This document shows, piece after piece, positions 34,311 to 44,207 of a stretch of DNA of 64,000 bases. The position numbers and the translations under genes are program-made. The notes under the pieces are model-generated. The model did not search any database and was not told where the DNA came from. It saw nothing but the letters and a program-made list of their open reading frames with translations. Numbering within the stretch: the stretch's first letter is position 1; each line of letters begins with the position of its first letter. The DNA comes from an uncultured Acidimicrobiales bacterium (GTDB taxonomy: Bacteria > Actinomycetota > Acidimicrobiia > Acidimicrobiales > SHLQ01). Location: assembly GCA_964390555.1 (NCBI GenBank), contig CAYMJU010000207.1, positions 6,466 to 70,465 on the forward strand, written 5' to 3'.

Positions 34311-34333
34311 GGAGTTTCCCAGTGGTGAACTCC
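34311..34333. promoter_or_regulatory. inverted repeat GGAGTT-N11-AACTCC in the divergent GS-like/mgsA-like intergenic region
   Basis: Same geometry as GAGTT-N11-AACTC in the tdm leader (16979-16999). A GGAAAC half-site is at 34346-34351. Confidence 0.4.
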
Positions 34334-34385
34334 CGTCTACCATGAGGAAACACCGCGTCACCGATATCTGTGGTCAGGGGGCACC

Positions 34386-35258
34386 ATGTGCGGCATCGTC
34401 GGATTGCATCTACTCGACCCGGAGCTCGCGCCCCGGCTCGGTGAGCTGACGTTCGCCATGATGGTCCAGATGACCGATCGCGGCCCCGACTCGTCGGGCG
34501 TGGCGATCTACGGTGATCCGGCCGCGGAAGGCTCGATCAAGTACTCGTGCCAGGCGGATCGCCCGGGCGTCGATCTCGCTGCCGCGGCCCGCGAGCTCGG
34601 TCTCGATCACCGCCCGATCGGCCTTGGCGCCGCCGTGCTGACCGGGGCACCCGGACACCGTGAGGCGCTCGAGGGGCGGGGCATCCGGGTGGTGTCGACC
34701 GGTTCGACCGTCGAGGTGTTCAAGGACGTCGGCCTCCCCCGCGCCGTCATGGAGCGTTACGGCATCGCCGGTCGCCAGGGTTACCAGGCGGTGGGACATA
34801 CCCGCCTCGCCACCGAGTCGGCGATCACGACCGACGGGTCGCACCCCTTCTCGACCCACGACGACCTGTGCGTGGTGCACAACGGGAGCTTCTCGAACTA
34901 CTTCAGCGTGAAGCGCGACCTCGAGGCGCTCGGCGAGGTGTTCCTCACCGAGAACGACACCGAGGTCGCGGCTCGCCTGCTGGGTTACGAGATGGGCCAC
35001 GGGCGCGATCTCGGCGACGCCTTGAAGATCCTGCAGAAGCAGATGGACGGCTTCTACACGTTGCTGTGCGCGACCAAGGACCAGTTCGCCGTCGTGCGCG
35101 ACCTGATCTCCTGCAAGCCCGCCGTCGTCGCCGTCGGTCCCCGCTACGTGGCGATGGCGTCGGAGTACCGGGCCCTCGCCGAGCTGCCCGACATCGACGA
35201 CACCGACGTATTCGAACCCGCACCAGGCGAGATCTATGTGTGGGGCCTCGTGAGATGA
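34386..35258 (+). CDS. mgsA: class II glutamine amidotransferase (GlxB / NMG synthase subunit A-like), second copy
   Basis: Starts MCGIVGL. GHTRLATES and VVHNGSFSNY motifs. Confidence 0.85.
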   Translation: MCGIVGLHLLDPELAPRLGELTFAMMVQMTDRGPDSSGVAIYGDPAAEGSIKYSCQADRPGVDLAAAARELGLDHRPIGLGAAVLTGAPGHREALEGRGIRVVSTGSTVEVFKDVGLPRAVMERYGIAGRQGYQAVGHTRLATESAITTDGSHPFSTHDDLCVVHNGSFSNYFSVKRDLEALGEVFLTENDTEVAARLLGYEMGHGRDLGDALKILQKQMDGFYTLLCATKDQFAVVRDLISCKPAVVAVGPRYVAMASEYRALAELPDIDDTDVFEPAPGEIYVWGLVR

Positions 35259-35935
35259 CAACAACGCTCGATTGCAGCGAACACACCACTCGAGAGCTCA
35301 ACACCGCTTTGCGCGCGATGGCGACTGGTAGCAAGGTCACGATCCTGAACCCCAAGGGGCGCCACAACCTGGCGGTGGGACTCATGCATCACCTCGACAT
35401 CACCGTCGAGGGGCACACCGGTCACTATCTCGCCGGGTTGTGCGACGGCCCCGATGTCACTGTGCACGGTCACGTTGGCTGGGCGGTGGCCGAGAACCTG
35501 ATGCGGGGCACCGTACGGGTCACCGGCGATGCCAGCGAGCGGGCCGGCGCCACCGCCCACGGCGGGCTGATCGTGATCGAGGGCAGCGCGTCGACCCGCG
35601 CTGGGATCTCGCTCAAGGGGTCGACGATGGCCATCGCCGGCGACGTGGGCAACTTCAGTGCCTTCATGGCCCAGGCCGGGGTGATGGTCATCGGCGGGAA
35701 TGCCGGCGAGGCATTGGGCGACAGTCTGTACGAAACCGTCATCTACGTCGCCGGTTCGATCGCGAGCCTCGGCAGCGACGCCCGGATCGAGGACCTCGCC
35801 GACGCTGACGTGGCCACCGTTCGCGATGTCTGCCGGCGGGCGGGCTTCGACCACATCGAGGCCGAGAACGTGACGCGGGTGGCCTCGGCCAAGCAGCTCT
35901 ACAACTTCGACGCCCTCAAAGCGCAGAAGTACTAG
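35255..35935 (+). CDS. mgsB: GXGXG-motif protein (GlxC / NMG synthase subunit B-like), second copy
   Basis: ATGA overlap with the upstream gene. Repeated GXGXG beta-helix pattern (VEGHTGHYLAG, VIEGSASTRAG, AIAGDVGNFSA, VIGGNAGEALG). Confidence 0.85.
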   Translation: MTTTLDCSEHTTRELNTALRAMATGSKVTILNPKGRHNLAVGLMHHLDITVEGHTGHYLAGLCDGPDVTVHGHVGWAVAENLMRGTVRVTGDASERAGATAHGGLIVIEGSASTRAGISLKGSTMAIAGDVGNFSAFMAQAGVMVIGGNAGEALGDSLYETVIYVAGSIASLGSDARIEDLADADVATVRDVCRRAGFDHIEAENVTRVASAKQLYNFDALKAQKY

Positions 35936-35952
35936 GTCCCGGAGAAGCCACC

Positions 35953-37311
35953 ATGACAACCGAGTCGCGACGACGAATCCCGCTCCGGGAGAGCTACACC
36001 TTCCCGCCAGCGGTGATCGACCAGATCCACGGCATGGCCGAGGAAGGCCGCTACGAGATCCGAGGGTGGGGGGCGAAGCGGAAGCTGCCGACGTTCGACG
36101 ATCTCGTGTTCATCACCGCCTCGGCGTCGCGCTACCCCATGGAGGGCTACCGCGAGACCTGCTCGACCAAGACGATCCTCGGCTCGCGGTTCGCGTCGAA
36201 GCCTCTCGAGCTCGACATACCGATCACGATCGCCGGCATGAGCTTCGGCGCGCTGTCGGGCCCGGCCAAAGAGGCGTTGGGCCGCGCCGCGAGCGCCGTG
36301 GGCACCTCGACCACCACCGGCGACGGCGGCATGACCTCTGAGGAACGCAACGCGTCGAAGTACCTGGTGTACCAATGCCTCCCGAGCCGTTACGGCTTCA
36401 ACCCGGCCGACGTGCACAAAGCCGACGCCATCGAGATCGTGCTCGGCCAGGGTGCCAAGCCGGGCGGCGGGGGCATGCTGCTCGGCCAGAAGGTGAGCGA
36501 GCGGGTGGCGTCGATGCGCACGCTGCCCGCGGGCATCGACCAGCGCTCGTCGTCGCGCCATCCCGATTGGACCGGCCCCGACGACCTGGTGATCAAGATC
36601 GAGGAGCTCCGCGAAGCCACCAACTGGGAGAAGCCGATCTACGTCAAAGTCGGCGCGACGCGGGTCCCGTACGACGTGAAGCTGGCCGTGGCGGCCGGAG
36701 CCGACGTGGTGGTGGTCGACGGTCTCCAGGGTGGAACCGGCGCGACCCAGGACGTGTTCATCGAGCACGCCGGCATCCCCACCCTGGCGGCGGTGCGCAT
36801 GGCCGCGGATGCCCTACGAGAGATCGGCAAGCATCACGAGGTCCAGCTCATCGTGTCGGGCGGCATCCGCTCGGGCGCCGACGTCGCCAAGGCGTTGGCG
36901 CTGGGGGCGACGGCGGTGTCGATCGGCGTGGCCAGCATGATCGGCATCGGGTGCAACCGTCCAGCGTGGTACGACGCCGCGGCCGGCGAGTGGGTCGACG
37001 CCACCGCTGACTACGAGGCCCTTGACACCGCGCCAGGCTTCTGCCACCACTGCCACACCGGCATGTGCCCGGTCGGCATCACCACTCAGGCTCCAGATCT
37101 GGAGTCGCGGCTCGACCCCGAGACCGGCGCCCGCTGGATGACCAACTACCTCCGGGCGCTGACGATGGAGCTCACGACCCTCGCCCGGGCGTGCGGCAAG
37201 AGCAACGTGCACAACCTCGAGCCCGAGGATCTTGTGGCCCTTACGATGGAAGCGGCCGCCATGGCCCGCATCCCCCTCGCCGGCACTAGCTGGATCCCCG
37301 GCTGGACGTGA
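35953..37311 (+). CDS. mgsC: FMN-dependent glutamate-synthase-domain protein (GlxD / NMG synthase subunit C-like), second copy
   Basis: IAGMSFGALSGPAKEALGRAA, GDGGM, QGAKPGGGGML, GLQGGTGAT, CHTGMCPVGI. Confidence 0.85.
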   Translation: MTTESRRRIPLRESYTFPPAVIDQIHGMAEEGRYEIRGWGAKRKLPTFDDLVFITASASRYPMEGYRETCSTKTILGSRFASKPLELDIPITIAGMSFGALSGPAKEALGRAASAVGTSTTTGDGGMTSEERNASKYLVYQCLPSRYGFNPADVHKADAIEIVLGQGAKPGGGGMLLGQKVSERVASMRTLPAGIDQRSSSRHPDWTGPDDLVIKIEELREATNWEKPIYVKVGATRVPYDVKLAVAAGADVVVVDGLQGGTGATQDVFIEHAGIPTLAAVRMAADALREIGKHHEVQLIVSGGIRSGADVAKALALGATAVSIGVASMIGIGCNRPAWYDAAAGEWVDATADYEALDTAPGFCHHCHTGMCPVGITTQAPDLESRLDPETGARWMTNYLRALTMELTTLARACGKSNVHNLEPEDLVALTMEAAAMARIPLAGTSWIPGWT

Positions 37312-37339
37312 TGTCGGGTGTGACGAGGTTTCCCACGAT

Positions 37340-37352
37340 GAGACAGAGTTTC
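37340..37352 (+). promoter_or_regulatory. palindrome variant GAGAC-AGA-GTTTC in the mgsC/soxB spacer
   Basis: 12 of 13 identity to the tdm-leader palindrome. A further GTTTCCCAC box at 37328-37336 lies 20 nt upstream of GTTTCCTCAC at 37349-37358. Confidence 0.4.
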
Positions 37353-37444
37353 CTCACAGTGGACCGAGTGAGCTGTGCCCGTGTAAGCTCCGAGCCGCCT
37401 CGCGCCGGTCGCGCACCCCGAGAGTCCAGGAGGCAGTGAGCCAC

Positions 37445-37498
37445 ATGGCGAAGAAGGAGTGGCCGAGCCGCATGGCGAAGAAGAAGTGGCCGGCCAAG
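37445..37498 (+). repeat. 27-nt tandem duplication at the 5' end of soxB-like gene (MAKKEWPSR / MAKKKWPAK)
   Basis: atggcgaagaaggagtggccgagccgc followed by atggcgaagaagaagtggccggccaag. Read directly from the sequence. Confidence 0.85.
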
Positions 37499-38737
37499 TA
37501 CTCGGCCTTCAGCCTGATCAAGCACGGCCTCACCAAGGGCGACTGGCCCGCCGCGTGGCGCACTCATGATCTGAAGAGCAGCTACGACGTGGTGATCGTG
37601 GGTGCGGGAGTCCACGGGCTGGCCACCGCTTACTACCTGGCCACCAACCACGGGATCACCAACGTCGCCGTGCTCGACAAGAGCTACCTGGGGGGCGGCG
37701 GCTCGGGCCGCAACACGTCGATCGTGCGCTCCAACTACCTCACCCCCGAAGGGGTGCGTTTCTACGACCGTTCCGTGAAGCTCTACGAGAACCTCTCGGC
37801 CGACTTGAACTTCAACATCATGTTCGGCCAGATGGGTCACCTCACATTGGCTCACAACGACTCGTCGCTGCGCACCATGCGCTGGCGGGCCGAGGTCAAC
37901 AAGCTCGAAGGCATCGACAGCTCGGTCATCGGCCCCGCCGAGATCAAAGAACTCGTGCCCTACATGGACGTGAGCGAGGACACCCGCTACCCGATCGTCG
38001 GTGCGCTCTACCACCCGCCCGGCGGCACGGTCCGCCACGACGCCGTGAACTGGGGCTACGCCCGCGGCGCCGACCTCGGCGGCGTGCACATCCACCAGCT
38101 CACCGAGGTCCAGGCCATCGACGTGGCCGACGGTCGGGTGACCGGCGTGCAGACGAACCGGGGCCGTATCGCCTGCAGCACGGTGGTGAACTGCACGGCC
38201 GGATGGGCGTCGATCATCAACGACATGGTCGGCGTGAAGATGCCGCTCGTCACCCATCCCCTCCAGGCCGCAGTGACCGAGCCCGTCAAGAAATTCCTGA
38301 ACGCCGTCGTGGTGTCGGGTTCGCTGCACGTCTATGTCAGCCAGACCGACCGCGGCGAGCTGGTGTTCGGCGCCTCGACCGACCCCTACAACAGCTACTC
38401 GATGCGCGGGTCGCTCGAGTTCACCGAGGAGCTGGCGGGCCACGTTCTCGAGCTGATGCCGGGCATCGCCAAGATGCGGCTGCTGCGCCAGTGGGCCGGG
38501 CTCTGCGACATGACCCCGGACTTCAGCCCCATCATGGGCTTCACCCCCGTCGATGGGTTCCTCGTCGACGTCGGTTGGGGTACCTACGGGTTCAAGGCCG
38601 GTCCCGTATCGGGCGAGGCCATGGCCGAGTGCATCGCCACCCAGAAGACGCCCGAGATCATCGCTGCGTTCGACCTGGCCCGGTTCGCCGAAGGGCGCCT
38701 GGTCGGCGAAAAGGGCGCGGCGGCGGTCGGACATTGA
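37445..38737 (+). CDS. soxB: heterotetrameric sarcosine oxidase beta-subunit family (N-methylglutamate dehydrogenase-type)
   Basis: KYSAFSLIKHGL...YDVVIVGAGVHGLATAYYLA...GGGGSGRNTSIVRSNY matches the SoxB-family N-terminus. The alternative in-frame start is ATG 37472. Confidence 0.85.
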   Translation: MAKKEWPSRMAKKKWPAKYSAFSLIKHGLTKGDWPAAWRTHDLKSSYDVVIVGAGVHGLATAYYLATNHGITNVAVLDKSYLGGGGSGRNTSIVRSNYLTPEGVRFYDRSVKLYENLSADLNFNIMFGQMGHLTLAHNDSSLRTMRWRAEVNKLEGIDSSVIGPAEIKELVPYMDVSEDTRYPIVGALYHPPGGTVRHDAVNWGYARGADLGGVHIHQLTEVQAIDVADGRVTGVQTNRGRIACSTVVNCTAGWASIINDMVGVKMPLVTHPLQAAVTEPVKKFLNAVVVSGSLHVYVSQTDRGELVFGASTDPYNSYSMRGSLEFTEELAGHVLELMPGIAKMRLLRQWAGLCDMTPDFSPIMGFTPVDGFLVDVGWGTYGFKAGPVSGEAMAECIATQKTPEIIAAFDLARFAEGRLVGEKGAAAVGH

Positions 38738-38759
38738 GACGCGAGGGAGCGACAGCGAC

Positions 38760-39044
38760 ATGATCCTGGTTGCGTGTCCGTGGTGCGGTGATCGGAACTC
38801 GATGGAGTTCCGCGCCGTCGGTGAATCGAAGAAGCGGCCCGATCCGGCGACGGCCACGCCGGCCGAATGGCGCCACTATCTGTACAACAAGTCGAACCCG
38901 GCCGGCTGGGTGACCGAGACCTGGTACCACCGCGCCGGCTGCCGGCGGTACTTCGCGATGGAGCGCCACACGGTGACCAACGAGATCCGCGAGACCCGCC
39001 GCCCCGCCGCGCAGCTGCGACCCCTCGACGGAGGCATGTCTTGA
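38760..39044 (+). CDS. soxD: sarcosine oxidase delta-subunit family
   Basis: 94 aa. CPWCG...H..GC zinc-ribbon pattern typical of SoxD. GAGGGAG upstream of the ATG. Confidence 0.85.
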   Translation: MILVACPWCGDRNSMEFRAVGESKKRPDPATATPAEWRHYLYNKSNPAGWVTETWYHRAGCRRYFAMERHTVTNEIRETRRPAAQLRPLDGGMS

Positions 39045-41845
39045 TGGCTCGGCTACCTCAACAGCACAACGAGGTCATCGACCGCGGCACGAGCCTCTCG
39101 TTCACGTGGGAGGGCAAGTCGTACCACGGGCTCCAGGGTGACACCATCGTGTCGGCCCTCATGGCCAACGGCGTGCAGGTCGTGTCGCGGAGCTTCAAGT
39201 ACAAGAAGCCGCGCGGGCCGATGGCGGTCACGTTCCACGACCCGAACTGCACGGTGCAGGTCGACGACGAGCCGAACGTGCGCGGCGCTCACCGCCGCCT
39301 CGCCAACGGCATGGATATCTCGGCCGAGAACGTGTGGCCATCGCTCCGCTTCGACGTGCGTTCGGCGAACCGGGTGGTCGGCCGCTTCCTCGGCGCCGGT
39401 TTCTATTACAAGACGTTCATGAAGCCCCAGCGCTTGTGGCCGATCTACCAGAAGATCCTCGGCCGATTCGCCAACGGTGGCGTGACGACCCCCGACGCGC
39501 CGCACGGCTACTACGACAAGCGTTACATCCACGTCGATGTCACCGTGGCCGGAGGCGGTCCGGCCGGACTCGGCGCCGCGTTCGCCGCGGCCGAGTCCGG
39601 GGCGAGCGTCTTGTTGGTAGAAGACGAGTACGACCTCGGTGGTCACTTGCGCTACGGCGGGACCGACGACGTTGCCACGATCGCCGGGCTCACCGCGGCG
39701 GTGGCCGCGCACCCCAACATCGAGGTCATGACCAACGCCGCGGTCACCGGTCGCTACGACATGAACTGGCTCGGCGTGGTGCAACGCAGCCCGGGGATCT
39801 CGGTCCACGGGCACCAGATTCACGAACGGCTGTGCAAGATCCGCACTGACACCCTCGTCGTCGCCGCCGGGCTGCTCGAACGTCCCTATGTGTTCGAGGG
39901 CAACGACACTCCCGGGGTGATGCTGTCGACCGGCGTGCGTCGGCTTATCAACCTGTACGCCGTGAAGCCGGGCGAGCGCGCTGTGGTGTTCACGGCCAAC
40001 CCCGAAGGCGACTCGTGCGTCGCCGACCTGCGTCGGGTCGGTGTCGACGTCGTTCGCGTCGTCGATGCCCGCACGGGCGAGAACGTGGTCTCGGCGTCGG
40101 GCGGAAGCCGCGTCGAATCGGTGAAGCTCGGTGACGGCACGAAGATCGACTGCGACCTGCTCGTCACCGCGACCGGGTGGACCGCAGTCGTGCCGCTCAT
40201 CAACATGTCCGGTGACCGGCCGGTCTACGACAAGACCGCGGCCCGCTACTTCCCGACCGATGCCCTGCGCCCCGAGGTGCTCGTCGCCGGGGCGCTGGCC
40301 GGTGACGGCACGAGCGACGAGCTGATCGCCCACGGCCGAGCCGTCGGCACCAACGCCGCCGCCCGCGCCGGTCGCGGTTCGCCGGTCGACGTACCCACGT
40401 TGGCCCGGAACCCGCACCCAGCGCTGTTCCGGTCGAGCACCCACGGCATGGTCGACTTCGCCGAGGACGTGTCGTCCAAAGACATGTTCTCAGCCAAGAA
40501 GGAGGGCTACGACTCGATCGAGCTGGTCAAGCGCTACACCACCGTCACCATGGGACCATCGCAAGGCAAGTACGAGTCGGTCAACGCCGTGGCGATCATG
40601 GCTGAGGCTCACGGCGAGCCGGACCTCAACGTGATCGGGACCACGGTGTGGCGACCGCCGTATGTGCCGATCACTCTCGGCGCGCTCGGCGGCCGCGGCT
40701 TCGAGAACATCCGGTTCTCGCCGATGCAGCCTTGGCACGAGGCCCGCGGGGCCAGGCCACTCGTCGCCGGCGACTGGATCCGACCCGACCACTACGGCGA
40801 CCCAGCCGCCGAGGTTCGCAACGTCCGCACCAACGTGGGCGTGATCGACGTCACCCCGCTCGGCAAGCTCGACCTGCGCGGCGCCGATGTCCCGAAGCTG
40901 CTGAACCTGCTCTACGTGAACAAGTGGTCCAAGCTGCCGATGGGTGGCGTCCGCTACGGCGTGATGTGCGCCGAGGACGGCGTGGTGCTCGACGACGGCG
41001 TCACCGGCCACGTCGGTACCGATCACTACTTCATGTCGACCACCTCGTCGGGCGCGGCGACGGTGTGGGAGTGGATCGAGAACTGGCTCCAGACCGAGCA
41101 TCCCGACTGGCAGGTGCACTGCACTCCCGTCACCACGGCCTACGCCAGCATGAACGTCGCTGGCCCGAACAGCCGCGAGCTGCTCGGCCGGGTACTCGAG
41201 GGCGTCGATCTCGCCAACGAGGCGTTCCCGTACATGAATCTGCGGCAGGGGACCATCGCGGGGGTCGAGGGAGCGCTGCTGTGGCGGATCGGTTTCACCG
41301 GCGAGCTGAGCTACGAGGTGCACGTGCCCGCGGCCTACGGACTGCACGTCTGGGAGGAGTTGTTCGCCGCGGGGGACGGCCTGGGCATCCAACCCTTCGG
41401 CGTCGAGGCGCAACGCGTCATGCGCCTCGAGAAGGGGCACTTCATCGTCGCTCAGGACACCGACGGACTCACTCAGGCATTCGGGGCCGACCTCGAGTGG
41501 CTCATCAAGCTCGACAAGGAGGACTTCGCCGGACTTCCCGAGCTCCGCTGGCAAGCCGAGCGGTCCGACTACCAGAGGCTCGTCGGGCTGCAACCCGTCG
41601 ACCCGACGATCGTACCCACCGAAGCCAGCCAGATCGTCCAAGGTCGACGAACGGTCGGGCGAATCACGTCGAGTCGCATGTCGCCCACGCTCGGCCGCTC
41701 GATCTGCCTAGGGTTTGTCGAACCATCGCTGGCCGAACCGGGGACGGTGGTCACCTGCCGACTACCCGACGGTCGTGACATCGGCGTAACCGTCATGGAC
41801 GGCTTGGCCCACTTCGATCCCGAAGGAGAGCGCCTCCGATCATGA
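39044..41845 (+). CDS. soxA: sarcosine oxidase alpha-subunit family (NAD/FAD-binding plus GcvT folate-binding domain)
   Basis: 933 aa. N-terminal 2Fe-2S-like fold segment, Rossmann motif VAGGGPAGLGAAFAAA, C-terminal GcvT-like region (TGELSYEVH). 1-nt overlap with soxD. Confidence 0.85.
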   Translation: MARLPQQHNEVIDRGTSLSFTWEGKSYHGLQGDTIVSALMANGVQVVSRSFKYKKPRGPMAVTFHDPNCTVQVDDEPNVRGAHRRLANGMDISAENVWPSLRFDVRSANRVVGRFLGAGFYYKTFMKPQRLWPIYQKILGRFANGGVTTPDAPHGYYDKRYIHVDVTVAGGGPAGLGAAFAAAESGASVLLVEDEYDLGGHLRYGGTDDVATIAGLTAAVAAHPNIEVMTNAAVTGRYDMNWLGVVQRSPGISVHGHQIHERLCKIRTDTLVVAAGLLERPYVFEGNDTPGVMLSTGVRRLINLYAVKPGERAVVFTANPEGDSCVADLRRVGVDVVRVVDARTGENVVSASGGSRVESVKLGDGTKIDCDLLVTATGWTAVVPLINMSGDRPVYDKTAARYFPTDALRPEVLVAGALAGDGTSDELIAHGRAVGTNAAARAGRGSPVDVPTLARNPHPALFRSSTHGMVDFAEDVSSKDMFSAKKEGYDSIELVKRYTTVTMGPSQGKYESVNAVAIMAEAHGEPDLNVIGTTVWRPPYVPITLGALGGRGFENIRFSPMQPWHEARGARPLVAGDWIRPDHYGDPAAEVRNVRTNVGVIDVTPLGKLDLRGADVPKLLNLLYVNKWSKLPMGGVRYGVMCAEDGVVLDDGVTGHVGTDHYFMSTTSSGAATVWEWIENWLQTEHPDWQVHCTPVTTAYASMNVAGPNSRELLGRVLEGVDLANEAFPYMNLRQGTIAGVEGALLWRIGFTGELSYEVHVPAAYGLHVWEELFAAGDGLGIQPFGVEAQRVMRLEKGHFIVAQDTDGLTQAFGADLEWLIKLDKEDFAGLPELRWQAERSDYQRLVGLQPVDPTIVPTEASQIVQGRRTVGRITSSRMSPTLGRSICLGFVEPSLAEPGTVVTCRLPDGRDIGVTVMDGLAHFDPEGERLRS

Positions 41846-42441
41846 GCACCGGTTCACCGATTGCACGCTCCCCCATCGCCCCCGCGGCGCCGACCGCGGT
41901 CGTCGATGGTTGGGAGGTTTCGACCCGCCGGTCCGAGGCCGCGCTGAGGATCGCCGACCACACGCCATTGGCCAAGGTCGTCATCAAAGGTAGCGAGACC
42001 ACTCCCGGCCGGGTCCCGTGGTCCCGGGCCGAACGGCACGACGAAGTGCTCGAGATCAGCTCGGGCCCGGGCGAGTGGACCCTCATCGGCCCCGTCGGGT
42101 CGGCACCTTCACTTGTGGACGGGATCGATACCTCCACCGGTTTCGTGAGCGTGGTCGACATCACCCACGGTCGGGCCCTCATGCGACTGTCGGGCGAATC
42201 CACGGTCGGCGTGCTCGCCAAGATCTGCGCCCTCGATCTGGCCGACGATCGCCGACCGAATGGGTCGTCGTTCCGCACGTCGGTCGCCAAGCTCGTGACC
42301 GACGTGGTGCGCGACGACCTGACCGATGGCACCCGCTCGTACCTGCTCCACTGCGACCGCTCGTCGGGGCAATACCTCTTCGACTGCATCCTCGACGCCG
42401 GCGCCGAGTTCGGCATCGACGTCGACGGGTTCCATCCCTGA
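41842..42441 (+). CDS. soxG: sarcosine oxidase gamma-subunit family
   Basis: 199 aa. ATGA overlap with soxA. Position and size fit the classical soxBDAG order. Confidence 0.75.
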   Translation: MSTGSPIARSPIAPAAPTAVVDGWEVSTRRSEAALRIADHTPLAKVVIKGSETTPGRVPWSRAERHDEVLEISSGPGEWTLIGPVGSAPSLVDGIDTSTGFVSVVDITHGRALMRLSGESTVGVLAKICALDLADDRRPNGSSFRTSVAKLVTDVVRDDLTDGTRSYLLHCDRSSGQYLFDCILDAGAEFGIDVDGFHP

Positions 42442-42509
42442 ACCCATGCGTACTTGCGAGCAGTCGTTCAACAATTCGTAGTTTCACGCCTTACCCGGGG
42501 GGTTCACTC

Positions 42510-44207
42510 ATGGCGTTTCCATCCGACCTCGACATCGCCAGCGCGGCGCCGCTGGCACCGCTAACCGATATCGCCGATCAGATGGGGCTTGCGCACCATC
42601 TACTCGAGCCCCATGGCGACAGCGTGGCCAAGATCAAGCTCGAGGCGATCGACGAACTGTCTGACCGGCCCCGCGCCAAGTACGTGGTGGTCACAGCCGT
42701 CACCCCGACACCGCTTGGCGAGGGCAAGACCACTACTACGGTCGGCCTCGGCCAGGCCATGAAACACATCGGCAAGCGGGCGACCATCGCCCTGCGCCAG
42801 CCGTCGATGGGTCCGACGTTCGGCATCAAGGGCGGTGCCGCCGGCGGCGGGTACAGCCAGGTCATCCCGATGGACCTGCTCAACCTCCACCTCACCGGTG
42901 ACTTCCACGCCGTAACGGCAGCGCACAACCTGCTGGCCGCGATGCTCGACAACCACCTGCACCAGGGCAACGAACTGGGTCTCGACCTGCACAACATCAC
43001 CTGGCGGCGCGTGCTCGACGTCAACGATCGGGCGCTGCGCAACATCGTGATCGGCATGGGCACCAAGGAGGACGGTGTCGTTCGTCAGACCGGCTTCGAC
43101 ATCACCGCGGCGTCTGAAGTCATGGCGGTGCTCGCGCTGGCGACCTCGATGACCGACATGCGGGCCCGGCTCGGTCGTATCGTGGTCGGCTACACCTCCT
43201 CAGGGACGCCCGTTACGGCCGAGGACTTGAGCGGCGCCGGATCCATGGCCGTGATCATGCGCGAGGCCCTGAAGCCCAATCTGCTTCAGACGCTCGAACA
43301 CACCCCGGTCATCGTCCATGCCGGTCCGTTCGGCAACATCGCCCACGGGAACAGCTCGATCGTCGCGGACCGCATCGGCATCCACACCGGTGACTACCTG
43401 ATCACCGAGGCCGGGTTCGGTGCCGACATGGGCGCCGAGCGGTTCTTCAACATCAAGTGCCGCAACTCTGGGCTCACACCCGATGCTGCCGTCCTGGTCG
43501 CCACGGTACGCGCGCTCAAGGCTCACTCCGGCAAGTACCGGATTGTCGCCGGCAGACCTCTGCCGCCCGACCTGCTGGTCGAAAATCCCGATGACGTACA
43601 TGCCGGGGGCGCCAACTTGCGCAAGCAGATCGAGAACGTCAAGGCCCACGGGGTGTCGCCGGTCGTCGCCATCAACGCCTTCCCGACCGATCACCCGTCT
43701 GAGCACCAGGCCATCCGCGAGATCGCCGAGTCGATGGGAGCCCGGGCTGCGTTGTGCACACACTTCGCTGACGGTGGGAGCGGCGCGACCGAGCTGGCGC
43801 GCGCCGTCGTCGAGGCCTGCGACGAACCGAGCACGTTCGAGTTCCTCTATCCCGACACCGCGACGCTCAAGGAGAAGATCGAGACCGTCGCCACCCGGAT
43901 CTACGGAGCCGCCAACGTCACCTACTCGGCGGCCGCCAACCGGCAGCTCGAGAACTACGAGAAGAACGGCTTCGGGCACCTGCCCGTGTGCATCGCCAAG
44001 ACCCACCTGTCCATCTCGGGCGACGCCTCGCTCAAGGGCGCGCCCACGGGACACACGCTCGCGGTCAGAGAGGTACGAGCGTCGGTCGGGGCAGGCTTCG
44101 TGTACCCGATCTGTGGCGACATGCGCACCATGCCCGGGCTCGGCACCGCGCCCGCGGCCGCCATCATCGACCTGCTCGAAGACGGCTCGATCGTAGGTCT
44201 GTCGTGA
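42510..44207 (+). CDS. fhs: formate--tetrahydrofolate ligase
   Basis: TPTPLGEGKTTTTVGL P-loop and GPTFGIKGGAAGGGY signatures. Confidence 0.9.
   Translation: MAFPSDLDIASAAPLAPLTDIADQMGLAHHLLEPHGDSVAKIKLEAIDELSDRPRAKYVVVTAVTPTPLGEGKTTTTVGLGQAMKHIGKRATIALRQPSMGPTFGIKGGAAGGGYSQVIPMDLLNLHLTGDFHAVTAAHNLLAAMLDNHLHQGNELGLDLHNITWRRVLDVNDRALRNIVIGMGTKEDGVVRQTGFDITAASEVMAVLALATSMTDMRARLGRIVVGYTSSGTPVTAEDLSGAGSMAVIMREALKPNLLQTLEHTPVIVHAGPFGNIAHGNSSIVADRIGIHTGDYLITEAGFGADMGAERFFNIKCRNSGLTPDAAVLVATVRALKAHSGKYRIVAGRPLPPDLLVENPDDVHAGGANLRKQIENVKAHGVSPVVAINAFPTDHPSEHQAIREIAESMGARAALCTHFADGGSGATELARAVVEACDEPSTFEFLYPDTATLKEKIETVATRIYGAANVTYSAAANRQLENYEKNGFGHLPVCIAKTHLSISGDASLKGAPTGHTLAVREVRASVGAGFVYPICGDMRTMPGLGTAPAAAIIDLLEDGSIVGLS

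Noticed and set aside
37286-38857. 523-aa minus-strand ORF opposite the soxB-like gene, and similar long antisense ORFs at 19656-21545, 39053-40444, 40490-41641, 47075-48880 and 13510-14718
   Set aside because: All are Arg/Gly/His/Asp-rich shadow frames overlapping genes with strong family signatures. None has a recognisable domain or a sensible start context.
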